Under the pieces are notes generated by a model. That model searched no databases. It was given only the letters and a program-made list of their open reading frames with translations, and was not told the origin of the DNA. A stretch of DNA of 64,000 nt from the human T2T-CHM13v2.0 reference genome, Homo sapiens, in NCBI RefSeq assembly GCF_009914755.1, contig NC_060934.1. One strand, written 5' to 3'. This document shows, one piece after another, positions 41,637 to 54,460 of this stretch. A program made the position numbers and the translations under genes. Within the stretch, counting starts at the first letter, position 1, and each line of letters begins with the position of its first letter.

Positions 41637-43306
41637 CAAGGTGCGTCTGAAAGTGTGGACTCTGAAAGTCCCTGAGACCCTTTCAGGAGGTCTGTGAGGT
41701 CAAGATTCTTTCCACAATAATATAAGATGCCTTTTCTCTTTCACTGTGCAGACATTTGTACTTATGGTACAAAAGCAGTGGTGAGTAAAACAGTGATCTT
41801 TAGCAGGAATCAAAGCAGTGGTAGCCAACTACACTCCTGGTCATTTTGTGTACTCACAATTTTTTTTAAAGCACCAGCCGTACACGGTGATTCATGCCTG
41901 TAATCCCAGCACTTTGGGAGGCCAAAGCGGGCAGATCACTTGAGGCCAGGAGATCGAGACCAGGCTGGCCAACATAGTGAAACCCCATCTCTACTAAAAA
42001 TGCAAAAAATTAGCTATGCATGGTGGCACACACCTGTAGTCCCAGCTACTCAGGAGGCTGAAGCCTGAGAATTACTTGAACCCAGGAGGCAGAGGATGCA
42101 GCGAGCCAAGATCGTGCCACTGCACTTTAGCCTGGGTGACAGAGTGAGAATCTATCTCAAAAGAAAAAAAAAAAGCACCAGTTTCACTTAAGAATGTTTT
42201 TGATGAAGCAGCATAAACTATTAATTTTATTAAACCTTGCCCCTTGTGTACACGTCCTTTATATTCTCCGTGTTAAAATGCGAAGTGTGCATACCCGGTG
42301 TGCACGTTATCTCAAGGAAAGGCACCTGTGCGATTGTTTCTGTTCTGAGCTGAATGAACTGCGTCTTCCTTGGACCGTCATTTTCGCTTCAAAGAAAGAC
42401 TGACAGACATACCATGGCTATTCAGACTTGGGTATTTGCTAGACATTTTCTTTAAAATGAACAAAGCAAGCCTGTCACTTCAAGGAAAGCAACTGACATT
42501 ATTTTTTGCCCGTGATAAAATTCAAGCTTTCAAGTGAAAATTGGAATTTTGGAACATTCCTTCAGCCACCATGAGCTTAACAGTCTCCCTTGACTTAAAT
42601 ACTTCACTGATGACACAGGTGGTGATTTTAACAAAGATGATTTTTTAATCCTGTACAATGAAATGTGTCAACATTTGGAAGATCTGCATAACAGTGACCT
42701 GCCATTTTCCAAAGACCAATGCCTGCTGTTATGTGGAGAAATGATCCTTTCAAAGCACAAGATGGACCAAGAGTTTAATGTAGCAGAGCAAAAAATATTC
42801 CCTGGTGGGGTTTCTGATTCTACATTGCAATATACTTTAAGAACCTATAACTTGCTGAGTTTTTATGTAGTCTGTAAGAGGAATATCCACAATGATTGGA
42901 AAAGGCTATTAAAATACTTTTCCAACAGCATATCTGAATGAGGCCTGAATTTCTTATTATACTTCAACCAAAACCACAGATCACAACAGGTTAATTCTGA
43001 AGATTCAGCCATCTTCTACTAAGCCAGACATTAAAGAGATATGTGGCAACGCCACTCTTTGCATTATATTTTGTTTGTTTTGGGAAAAATAGCTATTTTT
43101 TAAAATAAAATAGCGTATGTTAATACATCATGGCTTTATTAGTATTATTTTAAACTCTATCAAGAATTTAGAAGCATTTTTAGTTTTATTTTCTAATACG
43201 ATAACATTAATAGATATAACCCACATTAACAAAAGTTATTTGGGGGTCTTCAAACATTTTTGAGAGGGTAAAGTGCTTCTGAGATCCAAAGGTTTAAGAA
43301 TTACTG
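41637..43306. mobile_element. Charlie1-type hAT DNA transposon remnant, interrupted by an Alu
   Basis: 'gtccctgagaccctttcaggaggtctgtgaggtcaa', decayed transposase-like stretch 'tggctattcagacttgggtatttgctagacattttc', terminal 'aaaggtttaagaattactg'. Confidence 0.8.
41877..42170 (+). mobile_element. Alu (older J/S type)
   Basis: Dimeric Alu; TSD 'aaagcacca' on both sides. Confidence 0.93.
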
Positions 43307-43763
43307 GCCCAGTTAATCCTTGTCCTAATCCCGCTCTCACCTAGGGAGGAGAAGACAGTAGGCTGATAGGACAGTGACTGCATCGCACCTGCCACTAAGC
43401 CTGGGGATCAGCGTGCATTGCACTAAACACAGAAGCACAGGATGCCCCCACTGCTTCCTACCCAGTGTGGATGGGGCACGAGCGCCTGGTGCTGGCTGCC
43501 TGCCTGTCCTCTTGCCTCTCTTCCTGGCAGCTTCGACATCACATGGGTCCGGCATCCTTGTCGTTCCCGTTCTTGGATCTCCGAGGTCCCAGGAGTCCCA
43601 GTAGTTTTTTCACTTCTCACTTCATACCCTAGACTACTGTTTTTCATGAAGTCCCATTGTTTTCCAAATATGTTGCAGTTTTTCCAAGTTTGTTGTTTGC
43701 TTTTAAACTTTTTTGCTGGTGTCTTTTGACATACAAATCATGTCGATGTTTTATATAATGTAA

Positions 43764-43912
43764 ATTTTTTTTTTTTTTGGAGATGGAGTCTCACTTTGTC
43801 ACCCAGGCTGGAGTGCAGTGGTGCAATATTAGCTCACTGATGCAACCTCTGTCTCCTGGGTTCAAGTGATTGTCCTGCCTCAGCCTCCCACCAACATACC
43901 CAGTTATTTTGT
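43764..43912 (-). mobile_element. Partial Alu (right arm)
   Basis: Poly-T then 'gagatggagtctcactttgtcacccaggctggagtgcagtgg...cctcagcctccc'. Confidence 0.85.
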
Positions 43913-44367
43913 ATAGTAATCATTTAATTTATAGCTTTTGCTTTGCTCTTTCATGTTGACTAAATTATTTTTTTACCATAAGGTTATAAAAATATTCTTC
44001 TAAATTTTCTTTGGAATTTTAATGTCTTCTTTTTTTTAGATTTATCCCTTTAACACAATTGGAATTTTAAAAAGTTATTTTTTGAAGTTAATCGGCATAC
44101 GATAAAATGAATGCACCCATACTAAGTGTAGATTTGATGTATTTTATATTTCCACTTAATATATTAAAATCTATATACCATGCATGTACACACTGTCAAA
44201 TGTAAACATCACTGTATACCACTATTTAGACATTCAACTATTGAAGCATAATTGAGTTGCTTCTGTTTTGGATTAGAAATAATGTTTTGTTATATTGTTA
44301 ATAAAGCTGATAGGAACATTTATATACAAGTCTTTTTGTGAACACAGTTTTAAAGATTATATATTCA

Positions 44368-44788
<421 letters not shown>

Positions 44789-44995
44789 TTAATCATGTTT
44801 CTTAGAAATGCTCTTAGATTTTTCTGGGTAGACATTGAGGTAATCCTCTAATGATGATTATCTTGTCTTTTCCTTTGCAATAAATATTTTGCTTCGTGTT
44901 TTTGCCTTATTATATTAGTTACAGCCTTCAGAGCAAAGTTGAAGAATAGCAATTATTCTTGTTCCCAACTGTATGAGTCATCTATTGTTGTGTGA

Positions 44996-45387
44996 TGTTA
45001 TGGTTGAATTGTGTCTCTTAAAATTCATATGTTGACATCCCAACCCCAACAACTCAGAATGTGATCTAATTTGGAAATAAGGTCTTCAAAAAGATAAGCA
45101 AATTAAGATGAGGTCATTAAGGTAGGCTGTAATCCAATATGACTAGTAGCTCTGAAAAGGAGACATAGACACACACGCAGGGAGAACGCCATGTGAGCCT
45201 GAAGACGGCCACCCACGAGCTGGGGAGGGAGCCCTAGAAGGATCTCTTCTAGCCCTCAGGAGAAACCAGTCCTGCCAACACCTTGATCTCAGACTCTGGC
45301 ATCCAGAACTGTGGCTCCCCATAATGCCTGTTGTTTAAGCCACCAGTTTCTGGTACTTTAATACTGCAGCCCTAGCAGACTAGTACA
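44996..45387 (+). mobile_element. MLT1A/B MaLR LTR
   Basis: 'tgttatggttgaattgtgtc...cagaatgtgatctaatttggaaataagg' through 'gcagccctagcagactagtaca'. Confidence 0.8.
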
Positions 45388-47076
45388 TTTAACAAATCAC
45401 CCTAAAACATAGTGGCATAGAACAGTCTAATGATCTGTTATTAAGTCTGATGCTTGTGGGATGTTTCTAATAGATACTCTTAATTTTAGAAAATTTAATT
45501 CTACTCTTGGAATACTTAGAATTCGTATCAGAAGTGGATTGTGACCATACTAAATGTTTTTTTGGCACCCATATAGATGACCATATGGTTTTCTCATTTA
45601 ACCTCTTAACATAATGAATTGCAGCGATGGCTTCCCTGATGTTCTGATTCTGCCCGTAGTACAGTTTATCTTCTCTCCCCTTAGGTGAGTTCATTGAGGG
45701 TGTAGCCGTCCCTGTATCCTCCGTGCCTGGTGCGGGGGCTGGCACACAGCAGACTCACAGTTAATGCCTGCTGAAATGCATTATATCAATTATCATTTAA
45801 ATTCAAGGCCATCTTCTTCAACTTAAATCAGATGGACCACTGGAGGTGACTTTTTTTTTTTCTAGTTTTCAGCACAGCTTATTCCTAGACATCCCTTGAG
45901 CAGCCCACCTGTGCAGCCACAAGTTTTTCCTTCTTCCCTCCCCCTCCCCAGTCCCCTTTCCCTACCGAGTACCTTCCTGTTCTGCAAACACAGCTATGTC
46001 TTCTCTTCTTCATTATTCAACAATGAGAGGTGTCTATTAAAAAAAGCTAAGGGCAAAGTGCATTATTTGTATTTATAATGGCCCCTCTTTCTCACCTGAA
46101 GATGAATTTGCCTTTTTTAAAAAACTGTTTTTGGGGAATAAATAATTCTCCGTAGTAGTCTGAAATTCACAAAGAAGTAGCCTCTGGGAGACTGTAATGG
46201 GAATTTTGGTTCCAAAGTTTTTATTTGTCTCTTATGATTTTACTGTTTTCAAAATTTCATTGGAAAAAAATGGGGGCAAAGTAAGGCAATTTCCAACTCT
46301 CTTTTTTAAAAAAAATAATTTTTTAGCAGTTTAATCACTGTTGTACCTTCATTAGGAGAAAAGAATACGATTTAATTACCGTGAGTCACTGCAAGGGCCA
46401 AAGCAAAGCTGTCTGGAGGTTTGCAGGCATCGGGCTTCGTGCACTTCAGCTGCCTGCACAGACACGCCCTTGACCAGGAGTAACGATGGAGGCCCAGGAA
46501 AATGCATGCAGATTGCGCTCGAGTGGCAGAGTGGGGACTAGAACCCCAGCATCCTGATTTTACATTTTCACACTGCTGGATTCAATGCAGAGAACAGCTG
46601 CTGAGCCAGGCAGTAGAGAGTCAGCATTGCTTTGGAGGAGGATCAGCTGTGAGCTCATGGGCCTGGGAGAGAATCAGGCAAAGGAAGAAACGGTCCAGGA
46701 GAGATCCCTTGGGACCAGGAGCCAGGACGGCTCGAGGCACCCAGCCATGCTCTGCGTGACCCAGCTTCTTCTCTTTCATGAGTCTCCTAACTCAGCCTAG
46801 AAGAGTCAGAGCCTCTGACATGGTCTGTAAGCCCCCCTTCTCCTCCCCTCTCTCTAACTGCAAACCCTCATTGGAAGCAGGTATGCTCCACAAACCCACA
46901 GTCAGCAATAACCTCTCTATAACTCAGTTTCTTCACCTCTAAAATGGGGTGAATAATGGTGCTCTTCTAGGATTGTCGTAAGGATAGAATGAGGAGACAC
47001 ATGAATGCCTGATAGACAGTGAGTATTCAAAAGTATTTGTTGAGTACTCACTGTCTCAACTAATATATATTCCTTA

Positions 47077-47610
47077 TATATTAGTTTTTTATTGCTGCTA
47101 TAACAAATTGTCACAAACACAGTGGCTTGAAACAACGCAAAGTTATCTCATACTTGTGTAGGTTAGAAGCCTGATACAGGTCTTACCGGGTTAAAATCAG
47201 GGCATTGGCAGGGCTGCCTTCCCTTCTGGAGGCTGTAGAGGAGAATTCGTTTCCTCGCTTTCTCTACTTCTCCAGGCTTCTCACATTTCTTTGTGTATGG
47301 CCCCTTCCTCCATCTTCAAAGCCAGCAACAGCAGGTCAAGTTTGCATAAAGAATATCTCTGATCTCCTCTCCAGCCTCCCTCTTCCACATTTAAGGACCC
47401 TTGTGATTACATTGGGTCTACACAAATAATCTAGGATAATTTCTCTATCTTAAATTCAGCTGATTAGCAACCGTAATTCCATCAGCAACCTTAGTTCCCC
47501 TTGCTTATAACCTAATATACCATAGGATCCAGGGATTAGCACATGGACATTTTTTTTTTGGCGGGGGGCGGGGGGCGGTGGGGGGAGTAAGCATTCTTCT
47601 TCCTACCACC
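47077..47610 (-). mobile_element. MLT1C-type MaLR LTR
   Basis: 'attagtttttt attgctgctataacaaattgtcacaaac...ttctggaggctgtagaggagaa...ttaaggacccttgtgattacattggg'. Confidence 0.8.
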
Positions 47611-48210
47611 TCTCATAACTATTTTTATAATTGCTAAAACAAAATAATAAAATTAGCACAATAGATATGGTAAGAATTACATTGTACTCACTCTTGACAA
47701 GTGGCTGGATTCACAGTGTGATAACTGAGAATGAAGACTCGGGCCAGACAGCCTGGGTTGCGATGGCAGCTCCTGTGTTTACCCACTGTACAGTTTGAGC
47801 AAGTTACTTACTCTCTTTGTGCCCCCATTGTCCAATGTTTAAAGTGGAATGACAATCACTGTTCCTCCCTTATACAGCCTACACGAAAAACCCTCCCAGG
47901 ATGCTGGAGCCCAGCACTTGCTAAGTACTTTTTAAGGACTAGTTGTTAGTTGTTAACTGAATAAAGCTCCCTCAGCTCTGCCCTCTTGTGTGGGGCTCAA
48001 GGCCACACTCACCCTGGCCGTCAGAGGGCAGCTCCGAGCCCATGTCCCTGCTGTGCCTGCACCAAGCACTCACTGCACAGATGTTTCTTCTTGGTGTTTC
48101 ACTTTGCTTTGCCCCTATTTCCAACACCCTCTGTTCCCAACGAGCATCTCAGGAGGGTCTCCTGATTCTCCCATATTTGAATCCAAATCCTTGCAGTTCC
48201 CAAAGCCGAC

Positions 48211-48628
48211 TGCTATGGTTTGAATATCTGCCCCCTCCAAAACTCATGCTGAAACTTAATCCCCAATGTGGCAATATTGAGTGGCAGGGCCTTTGAGAGG
48301 TGATTGGGTCATGGGGGCTCTGTCCTCATGAATGGATGAATCCACTAATGGATTAATGAATGAATGAGTTATCACGGGAGTGGGACTGCTGGCTTTATAA
48401 GAGAGTGAGGGAGACCTGAGCTAGCACAATGAACCCCTTCACCATGGGATGCCCTGTGCCACCTCGGGCTCTGCAGAGAGTCCTCGCCAACACGAAGGCC
48501 CTCACCAGATGTGGCCCCTTGACCTTGGACTTCTTAGCCTCCATAACTGTAAGAAATAAATTCCTTTTCTTTATAAAGTACCCAGGTTCAGGTATTCTGT
48601 TATAAGCAACAGAAAATTGCCTAAGACA
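48211..48628 (+). mobile_element. MST-type MaLR LTR
   Basis: 'tgctatggtttgaatatctgccccctccaaaactcatgctgaaacttaatcccc' through 'ttataagcaacagaaaattgcctaagaca'. Confidence 0.85.
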
Positions 48629-48834
48629 TCAACAGAAGTGAATTCGTAGACACAGACACCTGTATCCTTCCTGACAGGTTGGGTTCTAAAGACTGTTCCT
48701 AAGGCCACATATACACATCCACATATACAAAGACTGTGCACACATGCACATATACACATATAAATATACTCTCTTGTCATCCTTTTTCAATTAAAAAGAT
48801 CATCTTTATTATTATTTGCATGACCATACCTCCC

Positions 48835-49200
48835 TCTGTCTTCACCTGCTGCTGTATTAAAATACCATAGGCTGGGTGGCTTATAAACAATAGGTATTGA
48901 CTTCTCATAGTTCTGGAGGCTGAAAGTCCAAGGTCAGGATGCCAGCATGGTTGCATTCTGCTGAGGTACTCTTGCGGGTTGCAGACTGACTTATTCTCAT
49001 TGTATCCTCTTGTGGCTGAAAGAGGGGCAAGTGCTCTCAAAGAACTCTTTTATAAGGGCACTAATCCGATTCATGGGGTCTCTACCCTCATGACCTGATT
49101 ACCTCCCAAAGGTCCTAGCTCGTAATACCATCACAATGAGGGGTAGGATTTCAACATAGGAATTTTGGGGGAAATGGGGCACAAATATTCAGACCACAGC
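48835..49200 (-). mobile_element. MLT1A/MST-type MaLR LTR
   Basis: 'ggcttataaacaatagg...ttctggaggctgaaagtccaagg', 'tgattacctcccaaagg...taataccatcac'. Confidence 0.8.
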
Positions 49201-50419
49201 ACCTTCTCATTCATAGTCTCAGCATTTGTTTACATTCTGATTGGCTTGGTGCTTATCAGACATAATGAAGTTAAAACTATTATAGCCACCCCCCCAAACT
49301 TGAGCATGAGTTTATCCAGCCAGGGAGCAGCCCAATGGAGGTCTTGAAGACAGTGTGACCACTAATGCCATCCATTGATAGTGGGCAAGTGGGTGCAGAC
49401 AGGCTCTTGCTGTAGCTTTGTTCATTAGATGAAAGACCCTGTGCAAAGGCACGTCGGTGTTCAGATGTCACGGTTGAGTGGGATTGCTTCAGTAAGGCTA
49501 CCCAGGGAGCCCAGGCAGCTGCAGACTCATTTTTAGCATCTCACTGAAGGGTTTCATCTCTTCACCAGCTTTGAGATATGAGGGGGATCTTATTGTCAAA
49601 CTTCTATGATGCTCCCTCTGCTATAGAGTGGTCTCACAGGCACTGTAAACCCCAATAGATCAGAAGGGAATGAGAGAGGCAAATTGCTCGGCATAATCTA
49701 AGTTCAGGAGCAGAAAAGTAAAACAGGGAATTTAAACATAACCGTGCTTTAGCAGAAATAAAACCACTGTGAGATACACACTAGAAGAACATTGTCAGTG
49801 TCATAGAAGGATGTTTGTTTAATTGTTTTCTGCAATTTAGGGTTATGCTAGGTCTTTTGTGTGTGCATTTGTGAGTTGAATACAGAATTGACATTGTGAA
49901 AGTTTTAGAAATTTTGCTAAATTTCTATTTAGTCTGGCTTATGATTCCAAACGAAAAGTTCAATGATAAGGTATAGTTTTAACAAGCTATTTGGCAGGAG
50001 AAATTCCATCTGAGTTTGGGGACAAGTTCTATACTCTTCTGGCAGATGAAAAATGATGGAATTATTTTGCAAAATCTCCTCCTGTTTGTGTATTATCTGT
50101 CCGACAACAAGATGAAAACATTAAGTAAATGAAGTCCTTCATCAAGCAGGGAAACAAATATAAATGTCAAATCTTGATGCAAGTGTTCTGGAATCTGGAA
50201 AAGATAAAACCAAATTAAGTACATTTATTCAAATATGGAATTGTTTTACTGTAAGATTAGAGCAAAATAAGCCATACCATGAGCTATGTGGTGATTCAGG
50301 GGTCACTAAATAAGGACAGTGTCACTTATATTTCACATGGCCTTGTCAGAGTTAAGAGCTTGATGCAGGCTCTCAGTTGAGTCCTCTTCATTCCCATACA
50401 GCTGCCTTTAAAAAAATTA

Positions 50420-50715
50420 ACAGCCTTTTTTTCTTAGAGCAGCTCTCAATTTACAGAAAAGTTGAGCAGAAAGAACAGAGTTCCCGCATTCCCACTCCCT
50501 AGTTCCCTCTGGTATTCACCTCTTGCATTGGTCTGGTGCATTTGTTACAGCTGATGAGCTGGCATTGCTATCTGATTATTAACTGAAGGTGTTGGCTTAC
50601 ATCAGCGTTATTCCTTGTGTCTTCTAGTTCTATAGGTTTTGACAAATGCATAATGTCACATATGCATGATTACAGTATCAACACAGGATCATATCACTGC
50701 CCTGAAAATGCCCTG
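50420..50715 (-). mobile_element. L1MC/MD 3' UTR fragment
   Basis: 'tttacagaaaagttgagcagaaagaacagagttccc', 'ttttgacaaatgcataatgtca', 'cactgccctgaaaatgccctgtg'. Confidence 0.75.
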
Positions 50716-53659
50716 TGTGGGCTTCCCTTTGTTGGAGCCCTGTGGCAAGCATGCATATTTGTTTTGTCTTAGTCTCCTAACGATCGTCCGTCTCAGGATC
50801 TTTGTTCCTGGGAGAGCCTCATGTCTGTGCTTTAGTCCCAGTCCCTCTCCTGGCTCTTGCATATCGTGCGAGGCTATACTGCTCCCAAAGTCCTCGCAGC
50901 CTGACTTTCCTTCTCTGGCACTGCCTTGATTACTTTTGCCCTCCACCCGCACTTCCATGCTCCCTGTCAGTCTTGGGTGGGAGACTGACTTGCTCTAGAC
51001 GCTCTAGACAGCGCATCCTACAGCCTATTGGATGGAATTTGATTCGTATTTTGCACCTTGCCAGTCTTTCCATCAGTGGCCCTGGCAAAGCGTCAGTTCG
51101 GCTCCTCCATGGATAAGTAACATCTGTTTTATGTAACGATCCGGCACTGTCTCCATTCTCATGTCCCTGGTTGTATCCCCAGGGCTCATTTCCTGTGCAG
51201 GAAACTGCCGCAAGGAGCTGTCTATCAGTACCTCTTCTGAAGAATCGAAATAGCTGATTCTGTATGCACCGTCACTGGCCACACTTGAAGCCCGCCTGGA
51301 TTCAAGGACATTAGTTCAGCTCCCATGCTGACCGTGGTACCCTCGCCCGCACTTTCCCGCAGAGGGGGTTTAATTGTTTTTTCATGATGCTGGGAAGTAA
51401 GTGGCTGGGCCTGCATTTATACTCGAAGCGCACGTTCAGGCCAGGTCCCAGATGTGGTTCCCCTCTTAGCCAGCCAATCCTGAACTGTCAGAGTTTAAAT
51501 CCACCCTGCTTCTGTCTCTGGGCCTGAGAGTCCTGAACTGAGATCTGAGCCCCTGGCAGTGGTCCCAGCACTTGTTAGGATTTGCGCTCCACGAGAAACC
51601 AGCTCTTCAGAGACTCACAGTCCCCTTTTCCTGCCCAGTGGCCTTTGCCTCTCAAAAATTAATCTTGTCTGATCGAAGAGGCTTGTTAGCCTCCAGACCC
51701 CAGCAACAGCCGCAGATTGGCGAGGTCCAGCGGGCCACTCAGTTTCCCCGTGTGGACTGCGGTAATCACAACTGCTTAACAAGCACTCCTCGCCTCTCCC
51801 GCGGGCCCTGGCTAGTAGCACACCATGCAGCTGGGCCCAGGTAGACCCCAATTCCGCCCAAGCCCAGGACTTCACCTCTCCGTGCTTGCTGAGCCCTAGC
51901 ATATTGTGAAGGTTTCCAGAGGGGGAGACCATCTGTCTGCTCGCGAACGCACATGGCCCTCAGGCAGCCGCCTCTTCCTAGGATCCTGCTCTCATACCCT
52001 GTGGGGCTGGAGCAGCCGCTGCACAGCATTTGGCAGCTGGTGCAGCAGTCAAGGGCACAGGCGCCCACAGTGAAGACCCCTGACCTGGCTGCTGTTTGCA
52101 TCCCAAGTGCAAGAATGCAAGTGGAAACATCTGCAGCGATGAAAAGGAGAACACAGAGGGCAGGGGCTTCGCCATCTCATCATGCCTGGGGTGAAATTTT
52201 GTGCCAAAACTTGTCGGAAAGATTTGGGCTGTCTGAAAGATTTGGGAGGTGCAGGACTTTGCAGGTGAAGGAATGAGGACAGAAGTCTGGACAGAGATGG
52301 AGACATTCTGAGATCTCTTTTTAAAAACCAGAAACAGTTGCCACATTGTAAAGATGAGGAAGTGATTGGATGTGTGGACATGCTCTCCCCAGCGACCCAG
52401 TGAAGGCTGAAATGTGGGTTCATGTTCTTCATATTCCTTCTGTTGCCTCGCTAAGGTTGACAAGGCAAAGAGTCATGGAGCCAGGCTCTGGGCTGCGCAG
52501 GTGTCTGCCTGCCCCGTGTAAGAGTAAAAAGCCACTGGGGCTGTTTGGGCAGGGTTGGCGTCATCTGCATTGGGTAATCATGTGCAGGATACATGGGAGG
52601 TGGTGAGATGGATGGCAAAGGCCTACACAAAGGTGGTGGCAGCATCCACAGGAAGAAACAGGCAGCCTGGAGAGCTCCGGAGGGACAGGCTGACATTTCT
52701 AGCAAACTGTTAGATATTATAAAGAGCACTGTCAGTGACCTCTGGGTGTGACAAGGAAGACAGCAAGGCCATTATCAAAGCTAAGTAGCTCAGGATGGGC
52801 GGTGGGGTGAGGACACAGGCAAGAGAGGGTAAAGCGTGGGCGGGCTCGCTAAGTGGGAGCTGCTGTTAGGCCCCTGGAAAAAGTGGCCGTGGAGCTCAGA
52901 GCCAGGGAGGGACACGATAGGTAGACAGAGCAGGAGCAGAGGGATTCATGGTGGAAATCGTGGGGCGGGCACATGATTTCTTCAATGGCTGCAGGTTTGC
53001 AGGAAAACTTGATGGCTAGGAACACAAAATCTTGAAGGCCCTGGTGAAGGGGACGGTGGCCCACCCTGAGAAACAATGACAGAGATGTAGGACAAGAGCT
53101 AGCGGAGGCTTCCACGGAGGGAGTGACCAACCATGTCCTGCGCTTCGGGGAGGTCTGGAAAACCAGCTCAGGGGTGGCTGCAGAGGGCTGCTCCAGTACG
53201 TGCTGGAATGTGTCCAAATACTAATAGACGGAGGGCTGAGGGGGCGCAGTGATTCAGAGGAGACACGTTGCATGGATCCTCCCATAAATGTCAATTAAGC
53301 ACTGAGGGGTTATGCCTCCCAAGGGCTTTCAATTAGGAGGGGAGACAGACATCTGAACAAAATAGACGAGTGCACAGCGTCGATGGGGCCACGGGCCCAA
53401 GGCAGGCCGTTCCTTTTTGGAGCATAAAGAGAGGCTTCTCAGAGAGAGCGTCTTCTGAGCTGAATTTTGAAAGCTTTCTAGCAAAACTGGAATAAACAAA
53501 GCTGTCTACCATAACATAGATCTCTGCTGTGTAAGCTTGTGTGCATTCCCATCCTCTCTAAAGACTGAGTTTCCTTATTTAAAAATATGCAGGGCCGGGC
53601 CTGTGTTCTGTATGAGTGTTTTTTCCTCCAGAAGTGAAGAGTTAAAAAAAAAAAAACCT

Positions 53660-54460
53660 TGAAATATGCAAAACATTATGGATGTTCCTGAAAAAACTAA
53701 AAATAGAATTATTATATGATCCAACAATTTCATTCGGGTATATTCCCAAAAGAATTAAACAGGGACTCAAACAGGTATCTGTACATTCGTGTTCATAGCA
53801 GCATGATTCGTAGTAGCTGAAAGGCAACCAACAGCCAAAAGGTGGAAGTCACCTAGGTGTCCATCAACGAGGGAATGGATAAGCAAAACATGGAATATTC
53901 ATGCAGGAGAATACTAGGAAGCCTTAAAAAAAAGTATTTCTGATACATGCTGCACCACGGATGCACTTTAATGACATTATTCTAAGTGAAATAAAATGGT
54001 CACAAAAACAGATAGTGTATTATTCCACTTCTAAGAGGAACCTAGCATAGTCAAATTCACAGACATAGAAAATAGAACGGTGGTCAGCAGGGGCTGGGGG
54101 AGGTGAAGAGAGGGGACTTGTTGCTAAATGGGTACGGAGTTTTCGTTTGGCAGGATTAAAGAGTTCTGGGTGGATGGTGGTGACGGCTTCACCACAATGT
54201 AAATGTACTCAATGCCGCTGAACCGGACATTTAAAAAGGATTAAGATGGTAAGTTTTAAGTTATATGTATTTTATCTCAATTTTAAAAAGTGACACTTGG
54301 GACTCCAAAAGGCTGGAGGATGGGCTAGAAAAATTACCTGTTGAGTACAATATTCACCCTTCGTGTGGCAAGTACACTAGAAGCCCGAACCTCACCGTTC
54401 TGAAATATATCCAGGTAACACACCAGCGCATGTAGCTCCTGAATCTAAAATTTTTAAAAA
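53660..54460 (+). mobile_element. L1MB 3' region plus an adjacent L1PB/MA 3' end fragment
   Basis: 'aaacagggactcaaacagg', 'taagtgaaataaaatggtcacaaaaa', then 'gaaaaattacctgttgagtacaat...gtaacacaccagcgcatgtagctcctgaatctaaaat'. Confidence 0.75.

Noticed and set aside
42663-42941. 92-aa ORF within Charlie1
   Set aside because: A decayed transposase remnant with no intact long frame; no sign of domestication.
52212-52246. 18-bp tandem duplication (and a 9-bp one near 50992)
   Set aside because: Ordinary slippage microduplications with no further structure.
53660-54290. Similarity to 555-1470 suggesting a segmental duplication
   Set aside because: Both are independent L1MB-type 3' ends.
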